Assembly (NCBI GenBank): GCA_024650005.2
Contig: CP122380.1
Coordinates: 1,056,001 to 1,120,000, forward strand
DNA length: 64,000 nt
Direction: 5' to 3'
Source of the DNA: Candidatus Bathyarchaeum tardum
Lineage (GTDB): Archaea > Thermoproteota > Bathyarchaeia > Bathyarchaeales > Bathyarchaeaceae
The notes under the pieces are model-generated. The model was not told the origin of the DNA. It made no database searches and was given only the letters and a program-made list of their open reading frames with translations. Position 1 is the stretch's first letter, and each line of letters starts with the position of its first letter. The position numbers and the translations under genes are program-made. Positions 20,083 to 27,139 of this stretch are shown here, piece after piece.

Positions 20083-22605
20083 ATGAACATGAAAATCATT
20101 AAAAGCATCAAAAATTCGGCTATTCTTAGCTTGATTTTATTGTTGGCAATTTCTACCGCTGTCGTTACTTTACCCGCTGTATCTGCACAAGAATACACAG
20201 AGAAAACAACTTATGCATACATTGGGGCTACCCCTAATCCTGTTGGTGTTGGCCAAGAAGTGCTGCTTCACGTAGGAATCACTGATTACTTAGAGGTCGC
20301 AACTGATGGCTGGGAAGGTCTGACAGTAACAGTTACTGATCCCTTGGGGGACGTAACAGTTCTGGGGCCATACAGAAGCGATTCTACTGGTGGAACAGGT
20401 GCAGTATTCGTACCGACGATGGTAGGTACATACACTTTACAGACCAGTTTCCCTGAACAAGAATATACTTGGACTCCAGGTGGTCGTGCACCATTAGGTG
20501 GGGGCGATTTGCTCTATCTAGCCAGTACAAGTGACGTGCTAGAACTTGTTGTTCAAGACGAGCAAATAACATATTATCAAGCAAACTCACTTCCAAATGA
20601 ATACTGGAGCCGTCCAATAGATGCGCAACTTCGAGAATGGTGGACCATCGCCGGAAGCTGGCTAGAAGGCTCAGGCAGAGGCGGTGTAGTTATGCCATAC
20701 AATGACGGACCAGAAACAGCACACATACTATGGACAACTGCGTTAACAATGGGTGGGCTAGTTGGAGGAGATATGGGAGAATATGGAATGGTATGTGGAG
20801 ATGCATACGAAGGCAAGTACATTGATGCACTAATCATCAACGGAATCCTTTACTACAACAAATTTGAAGCCCAAGGAGGTAATGACGTAGACCAAGTTGT
20901 TGTTGCAATGGACCTTCACACAGGAGAAACACTTTGGGAGAACACATTGCTGGAGAACGAACAAATAGAATTTGGTCAAACCATGTATTGGGACACAATG
21001 AACAGCCACGGAGTTTATACATATCTGTGGGCGACTTCTGGAACCACATGGATGGCCTTTGATGCACAAACAGGGAGATGGGTATACAATATAACTGATG
21101 TACCTTCAGGAACTCGAACTTTTGGTCCAAATGGTGAGATTTTGATCTACAGCATCCGTAATGGCGTATTGACAAAATGGAACTCCACAGCAGTTTATTA
21201 CAACACCTTGCTTGAAGAAACCGATAACTACTACTATTATGCCGGTCGTTGGAGACCCCAAGGAAGAACCTTTGACGCATCATACGGAATTGACTTAACA
21301 GTTACATTACCCGATGGGTTCCCCTCAAGTGCATCGGCAATTTACGTTGATGATCGAATACTCGGAGTTACATCAACAACCACAAAAGTAACCTCTATTG
21401 CGGTGAGTTTAGAACCCGGAAACGAAGGAACAGTGTTATTTGAAAAGACATGGACTCCACCTTCTGAATGGGATACGGGCGACGTAACGATAAGCTTTGC
21501 TACAGGTTCCCCTGACGATGGAGCTTATGCTTTATGGGTACAACAAATGAGAAAGTTTTACGTATTTGACATCGACACCGGCGAATATCGATGGACTTCT
21601 GAATCACAACATTACATGGACTATTATGCTGGTACCAACTACGTTATGGCTTATGGAAATCTCTATTCTGTGGGCTATGCGGGAATTGTGTATTGTTATG
21701 ATCTATCAACTGGTACTATTGAATGGACTTATGTTGCAGACGATCCTTTGCATGAAATCTTGTGGGGCAATAACTGGCCTTTGAGAATACAATTTGTCAC
21801 TGATGGAAGAATCTACATCGGTATGGAAGAGCATTCTTCTGTTGATCCAAAACCACGTGGTGCTCCATACTTCTGTCTAGATTGCAATACTGGAGAAGAA
21901 GTCTGGCGAATTGATGGTGCCTTCCGACAAACACACTGGGGTGGAAACTCAATCATCGGAGATGGAATAATAGCAACTATGGACACTTACGATCAACGTA
22001 TATACGCCATTGGTAAAGGTCCATCAGCTTTAACCGTGGAATCACCAAAGAGCGGAATCACGGCAGGTTCAATGGTAACCCTTACAGGAACAGTAATGGA
22101 CATATCCCCCGGAACTCAATCTTCTGAAATTGCAATGAGGTTCCCCAGTGGTGTTCCAGCAATTGCAGATGAAGACATGAGCGCGTGGATGATGTATGTC
22201 TACAAACAATTTGAACGACCAGCAAACATAAATGGAGTTCCAGTGAAAATCGAAATCGTTGACCCAAATGGTGAGTATGCCTGGATTGGAACTGCAACAA
22301 CTGATGTTTACGGCAACTACGGTTATTCATTTAGGCCCCAAGTTGAAGGCCAATACATGATTATAGCCACTTTCGAAGGCTCCGCTTCATACTACGGCTC
22401 AACATCTACAACATACTTCGGCGTAGACTCATCACTTACGCCTGCAACACCTATTGAACCTGAACAACCCGTAGACCCTGAAATACCAGTAGACTCTGAA
22501 AAACCCGCAGCTTCCTTCATTACAACAGAAGTTGCAATCATTGCAGCAGTTGCAGTAGCAGCAGTAATCGGTGTAGCCGCTTACTGGTTCCTAAAACTCA
22601 AGTAA
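20083..22605 (+). CDS. Secreted, C-terminally anchored PQQ-like beta-propeller surface protein
   Basis: Signal peptide; repeated AxDxxTGExxW blades; Ig-like PNPVGVGQ and GVPVKIEIVDPNG domains; Pro/Glu linker; C-terminal TM plus KLK. Confidence 0.85.
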   Translation: MNMKIIKSIKNSAILSLILLLAISTAVVTLPAVSAQEYTEKTTYAYIGATPNPVGVGQEVLLHVGITDYLEVATDGWEGLTVTVTDPLGDVTVLGPYRSDSTGGTGAVFVPTMVGTYTLQTSFPEQEYTWTPGGRAPLGGGDLLYLASTSDVLELVVQDEQITYYQANSLPNEYWSRPIDAQLREWWTIAGSWLEGSGRGGVVMPYNDGPETAHILWTTALTMGGLVGGDMGEYGMVCGDAYEGKYIDALIINGILYYNKFEAQGGNDVDQVVVAMDLHTGETLWENTLLENEQIEFGQTMYWDTMNSHGVYTYLWATSGTTWMAFDAQTGRWVYNITDVPSGTRTFGPNGEILIYSIRNGVLTKWNSTAVYYNTLLEETDNYYYYAGRWRPQGRTFDASYGIDLTVTLPDGFPSSASAIYVDDRILGVTSTTTKVTSIAVSLEPGNEGTVLFEKTWTPPSEWDTGDVTISFATGSPDDGAYALWVQQMRKFYVFDIDTGEYRWTSESQHYMDYYAGTNYVMAYGNLYSVGYAGIVYCYDLSTGTIEWTYVADDPLHEILWGNNWPLRIQFVTDGRIYIGMEEHSSVDPKPRGAPYFCLDCNTGEEVWRIDGAFRQTHWGGNSIIGDGIIATMDTYDQRIYAIGKGPSALTVESPKSGITAGSMVTLTGTVMDISPGTQSSEIAMRFPSGVPAIADEDMSAWMMYVYKQFERPANINGVPVKIEIVDPNGEYAWIGTATTDVYGNYGYSFRPQVEGQYMIIATFEGSASYYGSTSTTYFGVDSSLTPATPIEPEQPVDPEIPVDSEKPAASFITTEVAIIAAVAVAAVIGVAAYWFLKLK

Positions 22606-22620
22606 ACCCAAACATTTTTT

Positions 22621-22640
22621 CTCCCTCCTTTTTCTGGGAG
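22621..22640 (+). terminator. Short hairpin after the beta-propeller gene
   Basis: CTCCC...GGGAG stem with a T-rich loop, preceded by a T6 run. Confidence 0.45.
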
Positions 22641-22648
22641 AAACCCAT

Positions 22649-22780
22649 TGAAGAAAAATGGGGCTGAAAAGGCTCGGGCATAAAAATGAAAAATTACCAA
22701 AGTGATAGTAGCATGGTTTTTTCATTTTTTCATTCCTTCTAGTATGTTGTGCTGGAGCCTCAGCAAACCCATTTTCTTCA
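22649..22780 (+). repeat. Long imperfect inverted repeat / rod-like RNA candidate
   Basis: TGAAGAAAAATGGG/CCCATTTTCTTCA, GCTGA/TCAGC, GGCTCGGGCATA/TGTGCTGGAGCC and AAAAATGAAAAA/TTTTTCATTTTT are nested. Confidence 0.65.
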
Positions 22781-22900
22781 TTTTTTGTTTTTAGCTATGT
22801 GTTTCTCTGAATTGTTGACATTCAGTAATGGCACTCTTTGTGCTTGTTTTTTATAACTGCTTTGTTCAAAATTTGAAATGAAAAGAAATCTAAGTTATTT

Positions 22901-22984
22901 TTGGGATGAGTTATCTACAAAAATAGGCCATAAGGCAAACCTTTAGGTCCTACACGTGATTAAATGCAGAAACACTCATCCCAA
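22901..22984 (-). ncRNA. Candidate ~85-nt hairpin sRNA
   Basis: Perfect 11-bp closing stem TTGGGATGAGT/ACTCATCCCAA, nested inner stems, minus-strand TTTATATT box about 25 nt upstream. Confidence 0.5.
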
Positions 22985-23146
22985 TAAATGTCGATTAGTG
23001 TTGAAATATAAAACTTCAGAACTTGAATTCCATATCTAAAATCAAGAAAAAAAATCAGTTTCGATTGTTGAACGTTTCTGGGCAAAAAATTTTTTAATAA
23101 GAACATACGGTATACTACTTACGGTTGTATAGAGGAGTTTTGGAAA

Positions 23147-23680
23147 ATGAACGATAAATCTAAGAAAAAAGAGACTGTAGAAACACCTCAACCAGAAAAC
23201 AATGTATCAATTCAACCACTAAGGGAAACAACTATTTCGCGGGGGTTCGATTCTATTTTCGAAGATTTTAGAAAATCCTTTGACGACCTGATGTCTCCTT
23301 TTTTGCCCATGCGGACATGGATGCCTGATGTCACACAAAATTGGCCTGTTAGAGCTGCTTTGGTTGACTTGGTTGATAATGGGGATCAATTTTTGGTAAG
23401 GGCTGAATTGCCTGGTTTTGAAAAAACTGATGTTGAAATATTGACAAACAAAGATACCTTGACGTTCCGGGCAGAAAAGAAGTCACAGCTTGAAGCGAAA
23501 GATAAAAACTATCTTCACAGGGAACGTACATATTCGTCTAGTAAACGAACAATTAATTTTCCTGAGGAAGTTGACCCTTCAAAAATTGTGGCAAAAATGA
23601 ATAATGGTGTCTTAGAAATTATTGCACCTAAGAAAGAGCCTGAACCGGATGAAAAACTAAGGAAAATAGAACTAAAATAA
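23147..23680 (+). CDS. hsp20: Small heat-shock protein Hsp20/alpha-crystallin
   Basis: VDLVD..VRAELPG..YLHRER..AKMNNGVLEIIAPK; GAGGAG SD. Confidence 0.93.
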   Translation: MNDKSKKKETVETPQPENNVSIQPLRETTISRGFDSIFEDFRKSFDDLMSPFLPMRTWMPDVTQNWPVRAALVDLVDNGDQFLVRAELPGFEKTDVEILTNKDTLTFRAEKKSQLEAKDKNYLHRERTYSSSKRTINFPEEVDPSKIVAKMNNGVLEIIAPKKEPEPDEKLRKIELK

Positions 23681-23728
23681 CTAAACTATTTTCCTTATCT
23701 TTTTTTTAAAAAAAAACTGGTGAAAAAA

Positions 23729-23917
23729 ATGATTCAATATGCTTTAACAAAAGAAAAATATGGTCGTATCAAAAGCTTCAAAGGAAACTTAATTTGCAAA
23801 AAATGTGGTAAAGAACTTAAAATTGGTGATAACATCAAAGGTAACCGAAACAGTGGAACATCAAAACTTTACCATGATGAATGCTATGAGAGCCTTTTCA
23901 TTGATATAAAAGATTAA
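23729..23917 (+). CDS. Small zinc-finger protein (CxxC...HxxC)
   Basis: CKKCGKELKIGD...KLYHDECY. Confidence 0.7.
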   Translation: MIQYALTKEKYGRIKSFKGNLICKKCGKELKIGDNIKGNRNSGTSKLYHDECYESLFIDIKD

Positions 23918-24069
23918 AAAGAACCGTAGAATAACTTGATGGCTAACTAAAAAACAAAATTTTTTCCTTCAGTAAGATGTTAGATTACATTGTTGTACTC
24001 GGGAATGGGGCTATCTGTAAATAGTTTCCAGAAAGTGTTTATTAATGCCCTTAATAGTGTACATCATTG

Positions 24070-24157
24070 AAGGTACCAAAGATCGTGTGCCCAGCGGGTT
24101 TCGTGGCCTTCAGAGAAGGTTGCGTCCGTGAACTAAACTTACGGCACACGGCACCTG
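24070..24157 (+). ncRNA. Candidate GC-rich structured sRNA
   Basis: CGTGTGCC/GGCACACG, GCGGG/TCCGT and GTGGCCTTC/GAAGGTTGC nested stems with G-U pairs on the + strand; TTTATTAA box at 24038. Confidence 0.55.
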
Positions 24158-24182
24158 AATTTCGTTAATTTTCATGAAAACT

Positions 24183-24447
24183 AATAATATGCTTTTGGGG
24201 GATTTTTTCTATATTTTTTCATCTTCCGCAAATCAAAAGGAATGCTTGTAAATGGTCTAAATGATCGGCATCCTCCGAAAACAATCCTGAACACGCTTTG
24301 AGGTTGCTGAAAAAAATTCTTTTTTTTCAAGTTATTTGAATTAAGGGAAAGAGCCGAACGAAGCGAGGCGAATGAACTGCACTGATGCAAAATATAAAAT
24401 TCAACAAACCACGATGCAATACTAATCCCCCAAAACTTGCATTTATT
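24183..24447. mobile_element. MITE-like element bounded by terminal inverted repeats
   Basis: Perfect 12-bp IR TTTTGGGGGATT (24193-24204) / AATCCCCCAAAA (24424-24435), extendable with small indels; no credible ORF inside. Confidence 0.4.
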
Positions 24448-24482
24448 CCTCACAGAAACTAAAATTGGTCAACTAATTGTAA

Positions 24483-24635
24483 GCTGCAACAAACACAATT
24501 GTTAGCTTTGAGGGGGATGAATATGATGTCAAAGTTGCAGAAACACGAAATGATATTACAAAATTACTGGAAGCAGGCTTTGAGTGGGTTGGAAAAGATA
24601 ACGATGGTTTAACTTACTTCCGAAAAAGGAAGTAA
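24483..24635 (+). pseudogene. C-terminal remnant of an archaeal tyrosine recombinase/integrase
   Basis: No start codon; translates DEYDVKVAETRNDITKLLEAGFEWVGKDNDGLTYFRKRK*, resembling the ..LLExGFEYV..FRKRK tail of bathyarchaeal integrases as recalled, not searched. Confidence 0.65.
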
Positions 24636-24662
24636 AAAGCTTCAGATTTCGTCAAAAAGTAC

Positions 24663-24857
24663 CTATATCTCGCGTATTTCGCAGCTTAGTTTTTTGATTG
24701 TTTCTTCGGCTTTTGTGGGGTTTATTTTTATGGTGTATAATTTGTTGGGTGTGCGTAGTTTGAGTTTTACTTCGCGGTCTAGTCGTTTGATGTTGCAGTA
24801 TTCTGCTTTTTCTGCAATTTGTACAAATTTGTCTAGGTCATAGATTTCTACAGGCAT
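24663..24857 (-). CDS. rpl38e: Ribosomal protein eL38 (L38e)
   Basis: MPVEIYDLDKF..VKLKLRTPNKLYTIKI..AEE matches eL38 MPxEIxDIKxF..VKFKVRxxxxLYTL..AEK. Confidence 0.82.
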   Translation of the reverse strand: MPVEIYDLDKFVQIAEKAEYCNIKRLDREVKLKLRTPNKLYTIKINPTKAEETIKKLSCEIREI

Positions 24858-25057
24858 GTTTTTTCGCTCTCGCAGGTTTCTATTGTTCTGTTTTCTCTAT
24901 ATTATGTCTTGTGGTTTTTTTAGGTTATACAAAATCAGAATTATTATATCGTAAGATTTAATTTATATGTGTGTTATCAAATAACTTACAAAACAAGACA
25001 AAAGGCGCCATAATACCACACTTTATGTCCAATTAGAAAATTTACAAAGGGAAATTT

Positions 25058-25510
25058 ATGCCAATAACTAAACAAAAGTTTGAAGGGGGAAAACTTCACA
25101 GCAAAGTTGAAGAGGAAATTGTAAACTTCCTTAAAGACCGCAAAGATGGAGCTTTCACTTCTCAAGAAATAATGGGTGGAATTCACTACCACACCGATTT
25201 TACTACGCCAGAAATAAGCAGAATGTCAACCTTTGTAATAGCTGATTTTATCACACTTTTACACGCCATGGTAAGACATGGAACAATCAAAATGAAAGTC
25301 GTGGGCAACCGAATGTACTTTACTTTAGCTGATCCGCACATTGCAAAATGTCCAGAATGTTCGCGAAAATTTGAACCAAAAAAGACTTGGAAAATGGCTG
25401 GACGACCTGACAGAGCAGGGAAACGATTCCAACTGCACATTGGACTGTACGAGTGTCCAAAGCACGGAACTTTCCGAAAAGTCTTGGACAAGCGAAAAAT
25501 CGCAAAATAA
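25058..25510 (+). CDS. Winged-helix domain fused to a Zn-ribbon Cren7-like domain
   Basis: N-terminal FLK..AFTSQEI..LHAMVRHGTIKMK..MYF wHTH; C-terminal AKCPEC..PKKTWKMAG..IGLYECPKHGTFR resembles Cren7 PxKxWxLxP..IGLFxxP..GxxFR. Confidence 0.7.
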   Translation: MPITKQKFEGGKLHSKVEEEIVNFLKDRKDGAFTSQEIMGGIHYHTDFTTPEISRMSTFVIADFITLLHAMVRHGTIKMKVVGNRMYFTLADPHIAKCPECSRKFEPKKTWKMAGRPDRAGKRFQLHIGLYECPKHGTFRKVLDKRKIAK

Positions 25511-25519
25511 TCAAAAACG

Positions 25520-27139
25520 TCAATTGTGTTTGGCGTTAAATTCTTCTTTTGTTTGCATTTCTTTACGTTTTCTGCTGTAACTAATCGAAAAGTTATGCGC
25601 CGCATCACGAATTTTGCGCAACAAAAGCATCATTCTAATATTCTTCTTGAATCTGCGGGGAACTGTTTCTTCAGGCAAGAATATTTCTTCATATTTTTTA
25701 GCTAAACCAATAATAGGAACCTGCAAACCCAAAGACTTTAACGCAGATGTTGCAGACGAAACCTGCCCTGGACCTCCATCAACTACGATCAAATCCGGAA
25801 GAGGCGAATCTTCATTAATTAAACGCCTGTATCTTCGAGTTACTGCTTCTTGCATACTGGCAAAATCATCTTGTCCCTTTACAGTTTTTATCTTAAATCT
25901 GCGGTAATTACTCTTGTCCGGACTGCCGTCGATAAACCTGACCATTCCAGAAACTACATGTTCTTTTCCTAGGTTAGAAACATCAAAACATTCAATCACC
26001 CTAGGAAGGGACGGCAAATTCAACTCCGTTTGAAGGTCAACTAAGGCGCTGTCCTCGTCTAGGTTTGCTTCAATATTCTTTTCTGCTAACCTCATAAGAT
26101 AAAGCTCATCCCCTTCAGTTGGGATGCTGATGTTAACAGGAGCTCCTGCAATTGTTGCAAAATATTCTTCCAATGCTGTTTTTTCTTCAAAATCTGCCCA
26201 CGCTTGTGTGTTAAGCAAAATTTCTTGAGGAATACGGTTTTTGTCATAAAACTCCTTCAAAAACATCTGCTCAATTTGAGGCTCAAAATCTAAGGTGTAC
26301 TCCTTTTTCCCAAGCAATACACCTTTGCGAACGCCCATCTGAACTACTAGGGTCTTATCTCCGAGGCGCCGAAATGCTATAACATCTTGGTCATATTTTC
26401 GGTAAGAATCAACAACCTGACGCTGAGTCAATAATTGAATTGACGCAATTTGATTGCGCAATTCCAACGCCCGCTCATATTGCATTTCTTTGGAAGCTTT
26501 ATCCATCTGTAATGTAAGGTTTTCAGTTAACTGCTCATATTTGCCCATCAAAAAGGAACGAGCCTGTTCAACCTGCTCTTTATACTGCTCCTGAGATGCC
26601 TTGTTTTCACATGGAGCAGTGCATAAACCAATATGAAAATTCAAACACGCACGCTTAGGCAGTTTTTTACAAGTGCGTAATCTAAAAATTTTAACAACCA
26701 AACGCTGAAGCTCGCGCCGCAAGTATCCTTCAGTGTAAGGACCAAACATGTAAAATCTTGATGAAGGTTTTCGTGTACTAAAAATTCTGGGATATGCATC
26801 TTTTGAAATGGCAATATATGCGAAAGTTTTTGCATCCTTTAGGTTGATGTTATATTTTGGTTTATGTTTTTTAACTAATTTATTTTCCAACAGTAATGCT
26901 TCTACTTCATTAAATACAATAATCCATTCTATGCTGCGGATTCGGGCAATAAGATGCCTAGTTTTTGGAGTCTGATCCGACTTTGAAAAATAGCTTCGAA
27001 CCCTTGCCCTGAGATTTTTTGCTTTTCCAATATAGATAATTTCTCCCTTACTATTTTTGAAGAGGTAGACTCCCGGCTGGGTGGGAATTTCTGAACTGTT
27101 AAACTGGGACGGTTCAGACAGCGAAATCAATGATAACAA
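25520..27139 (-). CDS. uvrC: Excinuclease ABC subunit C (no C-terminal HhH2 domain)
   Basis: GIY-YIG PGVYLFK..IYIGKAKNLR, CLNFHIGLCTAPC, UVR coil, RNase H-like IECFDVS..DDFASM..VDGG. Confidence 0.95.
   Translation of the reverse strand: MLSLISLSEPSQFNSSEIPTQPGVYLFKNSKGEIIYIGKAKNLRARVRSYFSKSDQTPKTRHLIARIRSIEWIIVFNEVEALLLENKLVKKHKPKYNINLKDAKTFAYIAISKDAYPRIFSTRKPSSRFYMFGPYTEGYLRRELQRLVVKIFRLRTCKKLPKRACLNFHIGLCTAPCENKASQEQYKEQVEQARSFLMGKYEQLTENLTLQMDKASKEMQYERALELRNQIASIQLLTQRQVVDSYRKYDQDVIAFRRLGDKTLVVQMGVRKGVLLGKKEYTLDFEPQIEQMFLKEFYDKNRIPQEILLNTQAWADFEEKTALEEYFATIAGAPVNISIPTEGDELYLMRLAEKNIEANLDEDSALVDLQTELNLPSLPRVIECFDVSNLGKEHVVSGMVRFIDGSPDKSNYRRFKIKTVKGQDDFASMQEAVTRRYRRLINEDSPLPDLIVVDGGPGQVSSATSALKSLGLQVPIIGLAKKYEEIFLPEETVPRRFKKNIRMMLLLRKIRDAAHNFSISYSRKRKEMQTKEEFNAKHN

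Noticed and set aside
22458-22502. 18-bp imperfect tandem repeats
   Set aside because: They encode the PEQPVD/PEIPVD linker of the surface protein; ordinary low-complexity stalk.
22930-22945. GGCAAAC reminiscent of a c-di-GMP-I riboswitch
   Set aside because: The second hairpin and GNRA/receptor elements are absent; G-U pairing and the TATA box favour the opposite strand.
24095-24120. Minus-strand CTGAAGG..GAAAC as a hammerhead ribozyme core
   Set aside because: CUGANGA is not matched, stem II cannot form, and the structure favours the + strand.
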